Under the pieces are notes generated by a model that searched no databases, was not told the origin of the DNA, and saw only the letters and a program-made list of their open reading frames with translations. A stretch of DNA of 63,827 nt, counting the filler, from Platydemus manokwari (lineage: Eukaryota): the NCBI GenBank assembly GCA_037951405.1. It is 6 parts of 6 records of this genome, joined end to end, with 100 filler letters (N's around TTAATTAATTAA, not from the genome) between each part and the next. Parts side by side here need not be neighbours in the genome. Positions count along the whole stretch, not along the records: positions 1 to 9,308 come from JBBMOY011268096.1; positions 9,409 to 21,474 come from JBBMOY010317780.1; 4 more parts are not named here. One strand, given 5' to 3'. Below are positions 1 to 14,561 of this stretch, piece by piece; position 1 is the first letter of the stretch, and every line of letters starts with the position of its first letter. A program made the translations under genes and the position numbers.

Positions 1-539
1 TTTAAATGATTTGGTAAAACAAAAACTTTAAACAACTAAAAAACATGAATAACTTTTGACTCAGCCTAATATAATGACATCCCAAAAATAAGACATCAAA
101 TATAAATCTGATATATTTATTGTTTACAATTCTATGATTTTGTAATAAAATGTATTCAATTCAAAATTATTCTTTTTTACTTCATCTCAACATCAATGGA
201 AAAGTCAGCGCGTAAAATAGACAGGAAATTAGTTGTTTCGATAATTGCAAGAGTGATCCATATTGCAGAGAGTAAAATGTGGCTGTGAAACTTTGTTGAT
301 ATCGGGACATCCTATTTGGAAATTCAGCTATATTATAGATCAATTAATCAATGTATTGATTTTAATAATATCAATTAAGAATATCAATTATTTTCTGCCT
401 TCAATTTTATATTTTTCTTTTGTTGTCTTTGTTGCATTTATCAAATTCAAAACTGTGAAGTCACAAGTTCCTCAAAACCACAAATTCCTGATCAGTACTG
501 ATATACACCTAAATACAATTATTTTCAATCAATATGATT

Positions 540-2810
540 TCAATTAAATATCACTGATCTTCAAATAACTACATGGCATATTTGCAATATAATTTGTAAT
601 CAGAAGTTGACATGTGCTGCGTGTGATAATGTTTTATTAGATGCTCTGTTTTTCAAGATTCCAATTAAATTTATATAATATGACCGGTATTGGTGAAATT
701 GAAATCTTCACTCTATTCTGATTCGGATCAGTTATCGTGCATGTAGGACTGTGTAGGGATCTGTGTTCATATTATATCAAGCTCTTTTTTTTTACTCCAA
801 AACTATTAATAAAAATAGTACTTCATTTGTGATGGTTTATGTGATGGTTTTAGCACAAACCCCTTTATAATATTCTAACATTAATGACAGCAACATCTAA
901 TTATTCCCTAATTTTCCACATTCAACACGTTATCACTGTAACCATAAAAGATGTAGATGCCTGTATTCATCCCCTGCCTACAATCACATTGAATTTACGT
1001 GAATCAAGGTGACTAAAACACTTTTGAAAGAACATTCTATTATTTAAGCTGGAGTTTCCTGTTATATTTACAAATTCTATTATCATTTAAATGATAAGAA
1101 ATCGTTCTTTTATTTCGCCAATTATATCGTTCATCGTGAATGGAGATTTAAGAGAAGAAAGGTGATAAATTTGAGCCGTTTTTATCATCTCAAATTTAGT
1201 GAAGTCACCGCCAGAAGTACCAAACCGAAGAGAAAATTATACAAAATCTTTGATAGGCTCGATAAAAAACGTGACACAAAAACGATTTGTGATAAGATTA
1301 TGCAGTAAATTTTGAAGGACTATTTAAATAAATTTAAAACGAACCAATTGAATTATATTCAAACTTCATCAATGCCCAGGCAAATTGGAAATTATTGATG
1401 ATAAGTGATTTGTGTTCCTTCTCTTCTTTCATAAAATGACATTTCAATACCGGTTGGCACTTGGCTTACAATTATGTTTGGATAATTGGTAGATAATTAT
1501 TTAACCTTTTGCTTTCTAATGCGATGACATGATCCATTTAACCTTCATCCTGTTGTCCCAACATGGTACCATTAGCTTATGCAATAACACATGCCATTAA
1601 ATTCAAAGGGCTTCTTCATAATTGGGTGTCGCAATATGGATTTGATGGCTAGCTTTTTTGTTATCTTTGCCATTGGAATGATTGGTTTTCATTAATGGTG
1701 TGTTCATTCAAAGTTTCGTATGCGCACAAAAAATCCAAGAAATAATCTAATTTTATCCAAATATTTTGATATTGGAAAATTTTTTGTATTTTATTTATCC
1801 GTGACGGATTCGGTTTCAAACATTCATTAAAATAGTATGGCTCATGTCTGTGTTTTCCGATTTGGCATTTAATTTTCCAGATGGCTAATCTCCGTATTTT
1901 AAATGGCTTGTTAATATCTTATAATACCTTCTCAATTTTTTAGATAGATAATCATAATGACATTGATATACACCAATGTACATGAGACATCCATTAATAT
2001 GAAAAATTACAGATGGTCGTGTAAATAACAGCTAAATATGTTCATTTTATATAAGCCATCATTATTCGTAGATAATATTTTAGCTTAACTGTAATGGAGT
2101 TTAACATGCATATACCTTTTCTAGTGACCTCATCCAGTTTCCGATATCAGATACGGATGCTATATGGATAGAATACTTACATGAAAAATTACCACTTATT
2201 TTTCTAAATTTATGAATCTGGCAGGAATCTTTTGATTATCGATCAACGCTTATACAGAGAGAGCACGTATTTTGTATTTTTGTATGAGACGCTGGTTTGG
2301 CTCAAACAATAAGCATATCTTTTCAATTTCCTATCTATATACCACTTCCAAGCCAGGATATAATTGTTAGTCTGTCCAAACATCTTTCATTCAATTTACT
2401 CATTAATTTATCAAAATAGGTTTCCACAAACCATCATTTGCAAAATCCAATGCTAAATTTCCAAGTTGCAATGATTTATCGATGTTTTTTATGGAACATT
2501 GTTGTAAGACCATATCTTATAATTCCAGTTCAGCATAATCATTACCGAAAAGAAAGTACATTTCACATAATCTGGTTTCAACTAAATATAACTCAATGTT
2601 AAACAGTGACAGGCTATATTTACAATAAAATTTGTAATCAGACGTTAGTATGTGTTTCACGTGATAAACTTTTATTCGATGATCTGTTATCGCAATTTTA
2701 ATTGGATTAATTGATTTTTAAATTTGGTCAATCACTGTGCTGTATGCTGCTTCTGATTGGTTGGTTATCGTGACATGAGGACCGTGTAGGGATGTCTGCG
2801 TATGGAGTAC
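540..2810. repeat. Diverged direct repeat pair (~540-780 and ~2580-2810)
   Basis: tttgcaatataatttgtaatcagaagttgacatgtg vs tttacaataaaatttgtaatcagacgttagtatgtg; gttatcgtgcatgtaggactgtgtagggat vs gttatcgtgacatgaggaccgtgtagggat. Confidence 0.65.
1480..2050 (-). mobile_element. Heavily degraded Ty3/Gypsy pol fragment (RT C-terminus to RNase H)
   Basis: Minus-strand pieces read NAKSE..SHTI..CLKPNPSRINKIQK, IRLFLG and ILRHPIMKKPF..GTMLGQQDEG*MDHVIALESKR. They align by eye to the Gypsy copy at 37257-37725 (WAKSEVTYIGHIISREGLKPNP; ILQHPDMRQPF..AILVQQNDGEKYHVIAY). Many stops and frameshifts. Confidence 0.6.
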
Positions 2811-5576
2811 CAAAAAAGTGACTCAACGCTTTCATTTATTGTTATTTTCAAAGGAAACTTCCTTATTCAGCCTGATGGCAATAAATGAAGCGAGAAGAAA
2901 TAATTTTGCTCAATTCTAAATATGGGATTTATGAATTTTAATTTTCAACAAATAAACCCCAATCGATGTCCTTTGGGATCTAAGCTGGATTCCGTTAAAT
3001 TTATTCCTTTATTTCTTTGTTTCTATTCTCTCTTAGCATTATTACATAACATTTCTAATCCTCAGAAAACAATATGAAATGAGTAACCAAAATATGGATA
3101 TCAGTGTAATTTAAAATATATATATGCATTATTAAAACAAAAACAGTATTGAGATCTAGTATTTAATTATATAATTCGATCAATGGTTATTTCTTATTGA
3201 TTTCTCGTCGGTTTTACTTGAGATCGCTGATGTTTGATTCTATCATCGATAATAATCATCAGCTTTGATAATCGAGATTAAATGTGATTGATATCGTTCC
3301 CATTACATTTATATTCATGGAATGCTTTTCTTCAATAGATATTCATTTTCAACCTGATTTGTACTTGATATGGAAAAAGAAAGTGATAATTTAAAATAAA
3401 ACGAAATAAAAAATTAAACATGGAATTAATCGATTTTGCATTAAATTATTCAATAGATTCGTTGCTTAGAGATAAATGGTGGAGATTTCGAGAGACAGTG
3501 AGAAATAGAGAGAGATATTCGATTGATTCTGCCTGAGCATTGTTTCTGTATGTTTACTGAGGGTGGGTATGAAATTCATTAAAAATCGATAGAAATTTTC
3601 TTTTTGAAATTGTTTTTTTTAATCTAAATTTATGGATGCACATGATATTGATGTGGATCGCATATAATGATATCAATGGTATTTGTGATGTTTTAAGATG
3701 TTTTTATAAAGCATTCTGTATGGATTTGTATTCAAATATTCTGTTCCGATTTTAAATTATAAATATAATTTAGTGTTAAGATAAGTGGAATGCTTTGGCT
3801 TGCTCATTGAAAGTGTCGACATTTGTTCCCAATGATTATGGTTTATAATATACAAACATTATAAATTTATTGATAAATAAATGATTATTGGAGTGAATAA
3901 TATATTATCGATTTTAAATATTTTTCCGTCATGAATAATATTCTGTAATTCGTGTTGATATATGGTATTATAGACATAGTGTTATAAAATGGGAATTGCT
4001 GCGGATGGATCCTAAGAATTGCTTCACTGATATTTGAAATGTCTTCCATATAATTAATGAGGTTTGAGGAAAATATTGTATTGATCTTTAAAATTTTTTA
4101 TATCTTTATAGCTGTGATCTTCACATTGTTTGTGTTGCTACCTACTTTACGAGTACAAATTTTTTCGCGACCTCTGGGACTAAAACAAAAATAATAAAGT
4201 AATTTTTTCAATAAAAATTTATTTAACACGGAAAAATTAATATATATTCAATAATAACAACGATTTTGCATATTCTGGCATAAAACTTCAAATTTTGGCT
4301 CTATTTCAGTGATGGCTGGTCTCAGAATTAATTCCAGATCTTTAAAATTCGATCAATATTTTGTCCGTGTCGAACGTGAAATTTATCCCCCATTTTAGGA
4401 GAACATTCCTTTATAGCAGTGTTTGTAGAAAGGTTTGCCGTTGTACAATAAATTGCAAGGTATTTTCTCAAGTGCGTCGCGATAACCCAAAAACTACGGT
4501 ATCATTTAACGATTTAATCCGATAAAACAAAAAATGGAATCCCAAAAATACACATTTTGTTTTTGTAATAATTTGTAAAATGATTTATTATATTTTATAA
4601 TTAAACTTCGTGTGCATATCAAACATAGTCCCGCCCACTCAATAAACACATCCGCATGTATTCAAAGATGTTTTAGTTTTTTCCATTAATTTGATTAAGA
4701 AATTGTAGCTGTAGTTACTTTTATGGCTTCGTAAGTGTGTTTCGAGTATCCATTGAACGGCTTTTCATTATATATACAAACGGCTAGCATACATCCCTCA
4801 TAGACATTCGAGATTCATGAGGCTGATCAACATAATTTAACTACAAATAACTAATTATCCTTGACGAAACATAATATCGCGAGAATAATCAGTGATTTTA
4901 ATGAAATGAAAATTCAAAAAATGTTCATACGAAATCTATATTTTTGAACCATGATCCATTTGGATCACCAAGTTTATAATTCTAATTGATTTTCATACAA
5001 TTGAGTACTTTCAGGGATGAACACAGAAGCATATTTAATGGCGATATTTTATCAAAATTGTGATTATATTTTATGAAATCTCATTAATTAGGAATTAATA
5101 TCAAATTTTTGAAATCCTCACACACTTTAATTTAACTAAAATCTTTGATTTATTTCACATCGCTTATTATAGCATTTTTGAAAAGAATTTTCATGTTCGA
5201 TATACCCTCTATATTATCTATTATTCTCTATATTCTCTATATTTTTTTAAATCTTCACATACACTAACTTTTATGCACTTTGGTATTGATTTTAACAAAA
5301 TCGAATCAGTTGGTCTCCATGATGGCTATTAATATTTCAATAAATCCATTGGAAAACAATTTTAGAAATCAACCCCAAAAGTACATTTTTGTTTCTATAT
5401 TTAAACAAAATCGGGTTTTTAATACGGTTTTTAATCCTTAAAGTTCTCTAAAGCACATTGTAAAATAAATCGATAATAACAGTTATTTTAACTAAACACG
5501 ATGATGAAGTTATCCATATTTAATTTCGTGTATCAAATAATTACTTTATATGAAAAAAATATTTAATAGAGATTGT

Positions 5577-5741
5577 NNNNNNNNNNNNNNNNNNNNNNNN
5601 NNNNNNNNNNNNNNNNNNNNNNNNNNNNNNNNNNNNNNNNNNNNNNNNNNNNNNNNNNNNNNNNNNNNNNNNNNNNNNNNNNNNNNNNNNNNNNNNNNNN
5701 NNNNNNNNNNNNNNNNNNNNNNNNNNNNNNNNNNNNNNNNN
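5577..5741. other. Scaffold gap (165 N, no linker)
   Basis: Run of N without the TTAATTAATTAA spacer. Confidence 0.95.
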
Positions 5742-5764
5742 TGTAGTTTTATTTCTATATTCTA

Positions 5765-8700
5765 TATATGAAGTTTATAAAAGAGCTATTGGTGGCCAGT
5801 TGTTTATGTTTTTATACTGGCCGTCTTTACCTGGTTTTGGAATCAAAGTTGTCTTCAACATTCGCCAATCGTCTGGAAGCTTATGAGTCTAAATGACTTT
5901 ATTAAAAAGGTGAGTTAAAAGGATACCTTCAGGGTCTAAGAGTGAAAGGTCACTGCCAGGTGAGGTATTATCTGCGGATTTAAAGATAGAGAGAACTTCA
6001 CTCGGATGAATGGGTTCTAACTATAATTTGGCAGTTTTATAATACCCATTATTAAAATCCCATATGGTTGAGTTGGATTTTTCATGAGAGAAACAATTAA
6101 TTACATCATCAATAGATGGTCTAGAATTGATTTCGTCATCATTAACAATATCAATAATAATCTTTCTCATATTTCTTAAAAAATTCATTTTCTTGTTGCT
6201 GTCGCTGGTTTTTTTATTGAATCTTTTCCTTACTCCTAAGTATGGTTTATTCCGAATATCATTTTGGTTTTGTATTCTATCCGGAAAGCAGTTAAAAATT
6301 TCATTCAGTATGTCATTTGGGTCGGTATCTCGACTTTTTTCAATATCTCACGGCATTTTCAATTCTGCTTTTTAAACTTAGGTTATTTTTACTCATTCTT
6401 TGAATATTTTTAGAATATTTTCGGTCTTTATTCTCCATATCATTGTTGGCGTTTAACAGACTATCAGAGCCATCCATATTATTTAATTAATTGAATATCA
6501 TGTCAAAATTGATATTCAGAAGTGGCAATTTTTTGATATAATTTAGCATATATCCACATAAGAGAATATTTGAGAAAAGTCCAGAACAGCTAGTCTCATA
6601 TTCTTTATGTTGAACAACGACGAAAGATTCTTTCAAGCCCGTAGTTCTAAGATGGAATTGGTGATCGTTTGACCCAAAGATATAAATCGATCATGACAAA
6701 TCGAAGTTGTCGGATTAAGAACAAGGACAACACTTTGTGTAAAGTCAAGAACTAGAAGCACTCGATGGGCCTTGGAGGTCTAAACATTACAAAGATCGTC
6801 GAAGCCTGAATCAGTTTATCTAAATTAAGAAAGTTTTTCAAATAATGCGTACATCCATCGAGGATGGCCGTAGTTCAGATGTTATCTATAAACATTACGC
6901 TATTCGACGCAATGTATTGATTAGAGAATTTATTAAAATTACTTTCGTTAATTTTGAAATTCAGTTTGCTGTAATTGGCATTATTATTCATGTTGCCACT
7001 ACGACCTAATTGTGATATGTGATTCACTTTACCACACTGTAAAAGGCAGACTTCATATCGGATCCGGCAAATAAATTTTGGGTCAATTCTGATGATTCAT
7101 TTGCTTATATAAGTTACGAATAAGCTAAAAGTGCATACAAATGAACCACAGTCATAACCATTTTTCTGTCTGGAGATATTTGCATGCGGATTATCAATAA
7201 TCCTTACATTTGATTGAAAGAATGTGTTTAATTTTCCATTCAAATTTATTGCCAGTTCTAAGGCTATTTCCGGTTCATAGGGAGTTTTGAGTGGATCCAT
7301 TATAAAATACTCCAGGGATTCCTTATTATACACAAAAAGAACCCAATGTCTACTTAAAATTTTCAGAGGGCGCATTAATGTGATTCATTCGAAAAACCGG
7401 CCCGAGAGAACTGGAGCAATTCCAAACTTACTTTCGGCCAGTTCACTGACGAGGACAGGATTGACACCAAAATGATGTTCATTCACAATGTTTCTATCGA
7501 ATTTCTCCGGTTTCTCAGCAATATCATCAAGTATCCTATCTACACCAGTAAGATCTACTTGATCATAAATGGTGTCGACTGGTATAGACACAATTTGTCA
7601 ATCCTTGTTCATCCGTGCTGTGCGTCAATGCCCTTTTTGTAGCTCGTCGAATTCTATTGGATATTATCGAACGAGCAATTATTCTCCTCTCTTTTTTTCT
7701 GACTGTAATATTTATAGTGCAAAAGGAGTCAAGGCAATCATCACAGAAGCTTATACTCTTTACTGGTTTTTCATTTTTACACGAGTTGCAACTATCCCTT
7801 GGATCCTTTTCAGTTTCTTTATAAGTGGCATTTTTAGTCAATGTTTCACTACTATTTGTGGTTTCATTTTCTGTATTTAAACCATCGTTCATACATTCTT
7901 TAGATTTCAAATCGCTTGTAGAATTTGGTTCTTTAAGCTCATTGAGAAAGGTTATCAAGTCATAAATTATCATCACACATTCCAATTCCAATTCGCAATT
8001 GCGAATAATTTGCATGATTTTGACCACCAAAACTTTTGTTTATCTGTCATTAGTGATTCATACTTATCTCGAATTACTTTTGTTACAAATTTGAACCTTT
8101 TCAAGTTACAGAGCGTTATCATCACAGTTACCTTGTATGTTGATAAAAAGGGAGTTGACTTTATAAATCATATCAGATGAGATGGTTTCGTTAATGAAGT
8201 CTAGTCTCTTTGGGGTTTCGGATCATTTTAATTTTGTTAACATCAATGTGCACTGTTTTCTAATAAAAGAGTCCACTATTAGGTTATTACTGATAAACGC
8301 ATTCCTATACTCAAAATCATTTGCTATTACGTCATTTAAGTCATTAATCGATATGTATGATGTTATTAAGGTGCAATTTATGAGGAAGTTTTTGCAAAAT
8401 CTTCGGCTTCTGGTGATTTTTTCTTACTAGTTTTCCTTTTTAGAGTCAGGTAATTCATGTGGAATATCGCATTAACTAATTTATGTTCTTTATCAGGTGA
8501 TTCGAATATTGACCTGAGCTCCTCATCATGTTTACTCATGTTACCTAGACTAAATTCTCCTAAATCAAAGTACAGGGAGGATGTCGAGACTATTTTATAT
8601 TGAGATCTATTTAATGCAGAATTGCAATAGAATAAACCATTTAAAAAGAAAATATCCTCCGAAAATTTTCCAGACTCTTTAAGCTGTACAATCAAATTAC

Positions 8701-9234
8701 TTACAGATCTGTCAGCCTCATCCTTGGATTCCGAAAAGATTATTTCACCTACACTTGGGAATCTATGAAAGAGGTTGGCAGTTTGATTTCTAGATAATGG
8801 CTTATTTAGATTACGATCATCAATAATTTTGTTCTTATTCAACAGAAGTTCAAAATATGCGAACTTACCCTCTTGGAATTTTATTTTTGAATTTACCAGA
8901 AAGTCAGGTAATTTATTATCAGTAATCAATTTATCGATTATTTCGTTGATTTTATTACATTTGAATTCCGGATTATCGATGAAGACTGTCTCAGAGAATT
9001 TAGGCGTTAAATTCCAAAGAAATTTTATATTAGTTTTCGGGTAAACGTTGATTGTTATAATTTGATTGGCTATAACAATTATTTAAACAATATAATTCAT
9101 TATTTTGAATTGAATTGTTTTTTTATTTTTAAATTGTTCAGATTTTTTGAAATTTCAAATTTTAACTCATTTTTGAAATTTTCAAAATCCAACCTTAATT
9201 GTACCAATGAATTTTCCATTGCAATAGTTGTTGA

Positions 9235-9235
<1 letters not shown>
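5765..9235 (-). mobile_element. Degraded non-LTR retrotransposon of NeSL/R5/Utopia type: N-terminal ORF region, Ulp1-like (C48) cysteine protease, start of RT
   Basis: 7097-7375 reads HWVLFVY..YFIMDPL..RQKNGYDCGSFVC (H-D-Q-C catalytic layout of C48 proteases). ~5770-6010 reads NTSPGSD..LTHLFNKV..KLPDDWRMLKTTLIPKPGK..NNWPPIALL (non-LTR RT domains 0-2). A protease upstream of RT is the established NeSL-clade layout. The reading frame is broken by stops/frameshifts and cut at the gap. Confidence 0.8.

Positions 9236-9237
<2 letters not shown>

Positions 9238-9308
<71 letters not shown>
9238..9308. repeat. (TTA)n microsatellite at contig end
   Basis: Perfect TTA repeat running into the N spacer. 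Confidence 0.98.
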
Positions 9309-9408
9309 NNNNNNNNNNNNNNNNNNNNNNNNNNNNNNNNNNNNNNNNNNNNTTAATTAATTAANNNNNNNNNNNNNNNNNNNNNNNNNNNNNNNNNNNN
9401 NNNNNNNN
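9309..9408. other. Artificial contig-joining spacer
   Basis: N44-TTAATTAATTAA-N44, 100 bp, stops in all six frames; identical at five positions. Confidence 0.98.
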
Positions 9409-10999
9409 AATAGGAATATGAAATATTTAAATAATATTAACGAGGCACGTTCAAGATATGATGTCTAAAAAATGTATAATGAAAACCATAGCAATGTGTT
9501 TGTCATTTCAACGGAAACCTACAGTATATTTTTTTCTTAATAAATTTTATTATTAATCTTCATGATAGTGCAGCCGTAAGCTCAATATTGTACCGTATTC
9601 CATGAATGCAGTGACTGTACGTGTTACGGAGTATTGTTGTAATAGTCAGAGGCAGATTCCATGCTGGTATTTCAGAATTGTATCGGCGAGAGATTAAATT
9701 TCAACACAAGTGAACAAAATAATCAATTATACCAATATAAAATCTCAGTCATAACTCCAAATTCTGTTATGATGATTGATATAAATTTCGATATCACAGT
9801 TTTTAACTTATTAAAGAAATTTTAGGGTCAAACAATTAATAAACTCGAATCAAAACATGTACACAATAAAAATAGATATTTATGTAATATAAAAAAATTA
9901 AATCTTATAAAGAAGTTGTTTTAAAAATATAACTTCAAACACCAAAAAGTATATATTAATTATAATATTTATACGTTAATTATTATTTAGAGTGAAAATT
10001 GATGTTACCACTCGAAAGAAAAATGAAATAATTAATACTTTTTAAAAAATATTATTTTTTAATACGATTTTAGGATAATTATCTTGGAGGTGAATTATAA
10101 ATACTTATTTGTCAAAGTAAATTTTGTTCGACGATATAGGATAACCATTCGTATATAATACACATTAAATATATCAACAGTCCCGGACAAAAGATTTGTT
10201 TGATCAGGATTCCAAATATTTCACGGGATAAAATATTGGAATGTGCCCTTGCGATTGTACCCAAACCCTAAATTCATGACTATTTAAAATTTTCGTCAAG
10301 GCATTCAAAAATTCGTAATACCTATGGTTATCATGCTTCGTGTTATTGAATTTCTAAATTTGACTGTGATATTAAATTGTTTATTCCAAAATCAAAGAGA
10401 AAATATTGGATTTAAGCACATTTAGCTATAAGACAAAAATAAAGTTATATCCAGAAACATAGATATCGTTGTATAGTTTAAAAATACCAATATTTATTAG
10501 AAATCAGTATTACATACAAAGCAAATAATACCATTATCATATTGGATAAAAGTGTCAGACATGTATAATATATAGAATAATGATTATTTGTACGATTTCG
10601 TTCATGAGAATCATATTTTGAAAATGAATTCTGGAAAGAAAATAACAGCAAAGGAGACTCAAACATAAATGTATGAATGATTGGATGCCAATGTCAAATA
10701 GTACAAACACCAAAGACCAACTCATAAGTCAAGTCTGTATGTGTGTAAAATATTCTTGTAAAAAATTATTTATTGATTAATAAATATTAACAATGTAAGT
10801 TTTATCTAACGCATATGGAGAATTATTATAACGCTAAATTAACTTATTTTTCCATATAAAATATGCAGAAAAATCTCATAGCATAAAATGTAATTCACAC
10901 TTGTAACCAATCAGTTTTAAAAAGGAATATATTTTCTCAAGTATTGATTATTCAAAATCATATAATATCAAAAATAATAAATAATTTTACTACTAAAAG

Positions 11000-12200
11000 G
11001 ATTTCGTAAAATTAGTATATAAATGGAAAATGCAAAATATATTTAATAACAATCCAAACCAAGAACAAACAAAAAATACTATATTAAAATGGAACAAAAA
11101 TTTAGTAAAATCCACATGTCATGTTACATTAAAATAAAATACATCTACAGTAACGGTTTTTTATTGAAAATCAGAAAACCTTCATTAAATGGACGAATAA
11201 AACACAAATTCCACAGATCTAAATCTAAGCGTTTTGTAATAAAAAGTCAATAATGACCGCTTGAAATTGAAATTATTTTTAGTGGAATTATGGGAAATGA
11301 TAATGAGAAATAAAAAAGAATAAGTACTTTAAAATAATTGAGAAATATTAATATAATTAACTGGAAAACAAGGGAAAAGCCCTTGAGACAAGCATGAAAC
11401 AGAATTAATAAATAAAATCAATAGTTATCTATAAACTTTTATAAGGACACATTAATCTACGAATGAGAAAATTGCCATTCGTTTCCAATCAATAAAAATA
11501 ATAAAGTTATGTGCACAAATGGTAAACTGTTAAGAAAGTTTTATTCAGAGAAGCATTATACTTTTCTGGGAGAAGGATGACATCAGACATTTTTGATTTA
11601 AGTGTAATATATCCAGCTACATTGCAAATAATTGAACAATTAAACAAATTAGTGTTTAAGCAGTTGAGACAAAATTAATAATCACTTAATGCAATTTCTA
11701 CGAAAGGGTGGAAATAAAAATAAGGAACAAGAAATGATTGAAAAATTGCAGATAAAATAAATTTTACTTATAAAAACAACGAGAAAAATTGCAAAAAAAT
11801 TAACAAAAATAACATACGACCACTTCAAAGACATTTCTTGCGATATATCAGTTCCGACTAGTTCTGAATTTGTTGTATATGTGAATAGTTCAATTTTAAT
11901 GACTTTGCAGTATTCAATGCATTGAATGCTTTATAGAAAGACAAATATTATGTAAAATAAGGCAATTTGAAGAGTATTGGCGTGGTTATATGAAATCAAA
12001 AAGTAAACGACGAGGATAAAAATTTGGACGTTAACGAAGATGAATGCCGATTTTTTTGTATTATATTCGATAAGTCTCAATCTTATGAAAATACGTCATG
12101 TTTATTGGCTGTGATTTCTGCAAAGAGCCAGACCATGTTATTTAAGTACACAAACATAAATGCAATGTTAATTTAATTAATATGATAACATATTCTACAC
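11000..12200 (+). mobile_element. Possible very degraded pogo/Tigger-like DNA transposon remnant
   Basis: Only weak hints: a C-terminal PHD-like piece (MFIGCDFCKEPDHVI, ~12098-12145) after an acidic stretch; no intact DDE motif recognised. Confidence 0.2.
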
Positions 12201-12581
12201 AAATTTTATGTCTCATATAAATGTATATGAGAAAAAAATGATTGAATAAATTTTTTTGGCTCAAGACATTATCAACTCTTAGGATATTGTGCATTAATTT
12301 CTTAAATAATATCTGTAATAATAAAATAAAACCTGATTTCTTATATTGTTCGCAGTGAGACGCTCAAGATAATGTTCATGATGTAGAAACGAAAGACCAA
12401 GCTATTTTAATCAAATAAAGATGAAATTTTTCAAAAAAATTAAAATATAATAAACATCTAAAATTAAAAAGCGAAACCTAATAATGGCGTTAAACTTTAC
12501 AGTGAAAATATAATCTATTTAACCAAAAATGAATTTGATGAATTTCGGGTATACAATATTAATGCTATAATTAATTATTAA

Positions 12582-14561
12582 TAGAGCTGCAGAAATCAAC
12601 TATTAATTAGTTATTATTATGTTTTAACGATTAATCGATTCGATTTTCCCATCCATCATTTATAAATGTATCAGAAATCAAGAAGCTATAATAATAATAA
12701 TAACGATAAGTATTGTGATGTGTGCCTATATCTGGTCGGCTAAATATACATTTTGGATTTAAATTGTTGGTTGACGGGAATATTGAAAGTGTGGAAACCG
12801 TTTATTGTATTCATTGTGATAAATCGTTTGCATATCATGGGTCAAATTCATCACTCGCTTACCATCTCCAAAACAAACTACAGTACAAGAAAGATCGGCT
12901 TGGAAAGTCTACCGCTAAGTAAATAAATCTGAATCAGTTTTGTTATCACTTTAATCGTCCAATGAATGTTTCCGTACAGCGTGACATCCAAACAGCACTT
13001 GCAAACTGGATAGCTAGTAGCGGTATACCAATATCAATAGTAGATGATGGTGGACTTCAATAAGTAATATGCACAGTACTTTAAATTGCCGTATATAAAT
13101 TGCTTTCCAGGCGCATTATTCTTAACTTGTTGACTGGGATGTATAACAGCAAGATTCAAAGAGTTAAAAAAGCAATGATGAATTCAAAGGGAACGGCGTT
13201 AACGCCTGACTTTTAGACCTCCATTGGAAATGAAAATTATTGTGGAATTACTGGCAACAGGATTACCGATGACTGGAATTTAAAAAGCGTTGTTCTTGAA
13301 TGTGTAAATGTTGTTGATAGTGTCGCTGAATTATATAATCAATTTGCAAGAAACTAAAATATAACAAACAAAATCCCGGCATTAATAACAGACAATTCAC
13401 GGAATATAATTTTAGCTGTTAATAAAGCAAAATATACTCATTCCATGTTTAGCTCAGTCTTCAGCTAAGCATATTACATGGGTTTAAAGAGGCTGATACT
13501 GAATTATTATTTGATAAATGGCGAAAAATTGTTGGGCACTTTAAACATAGTGCTTCTAATACGATAGAATTGCAAGCCTATGTTGTCTCACCATTACGTT
13601 ATTCACCAACAAGATGTTTCAACAAGGTGGAATAGTATTTTTATAATGCTGCAAGCCAGAGAAGCATTAACCGTCTACAATCAGATGGAAAGAGTAAATA
13701 TAAGGGTCCAAAATGATTAGATTCCGATTGGGACAAGATTTCTAAATAGGTCAACGTTTTAGATTTATTTTGTCAGGCAGGATCTTGCTTGTCGGTTAAA
13801 AGTATGTTTCACGTAGCTGTGTATTACCATTGTTATGATATTTGACAAAGCACATAGCTGAATACATTGCTAAATTCAAAGCAACATCCATTAATAATTT
13901 CAAAGAGCGTGTAGCTAATATTGCAAATATTAAAATACTACAGATAGTTAAGCACTTGATCCACGCTATAAAAATTTCAAAAAATTCAAAAGAATAAACC
14001 TGGTTACACATTGAACAACAAACAGGAGGAAATATAAATAATAATCAATTTGGGACACATACACAAAATTGTACAGCCAATGACAATAAAATTACATACT
14101 GGAATCTGGCTCAGACGATGAAGATGCTGATGTCTCCGACTGACTAAAGCGTTATAAAATGGAGAAAAGAGTTTCAAATTCAGCTGATCCACTACAATGG
14201 TGGAAGATTAATAAACATAGATATACCAAATTGGAATTTTTAGCAAAGATTGCCTTATGCATACCAGCTACATCAGTTCCATGTGAACGATTATTTAGCG
14301 CTGCGGGCTACATTGTTAATAACACGCGCTTATCACTAGAACCAAATAACGTTAACATGCTCGTATGTTTGGGTAATTGGTCAGCCGATTACATATAGGC
14401 TGCCAGAGCATTTATTTACAACAAATTTTTAATTGAATAAGGTTAATTTGCCAATAAATGCAACTACAGAGATTTTTATGATTTAATCTAAATTAATTAT
14501 TAATTAATAGTTAATTTTCAAAAGACAACTATTAAAATTAAATTAATCGTTACCATCTCTA
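12582..14561 (+). mobile_element. hAT DNA transposon (ZBED1-like transposase, pseudogenised) with both ends and a perfect 8-bp TSD
   Basis: BED finger VYCIHCDKSFAYHGSNSSLAYHLQNK (12722-12922); TRWNS motif at ~13622; hATC dimerisation domain DPLQWWK..CIPATSVPCERLFSAAG (14159-14398). Ends TAGAGCTG... / ...CATCTCTA. ATTATTAA at both 12574-12581 and 14562-14569. Confidence 0.92.

Noticed and set aside
4100-4850. Exon-like GC-richer patches on the minus strand
   Set aside because: Stops in all frames and no recognisable family
9353-9364. Recurring palindrome TTAATTAATTAA as a biological motif
   Set aside because: Always centred in exactly 100 bp of N; it is an assembly linker
9062-9364. Poly-Tyr and poly-Leu ORFs (also 45911-46141, and the tail of 54865-55149)
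   Set aside because: Translations of TAA/TTA microsatellites
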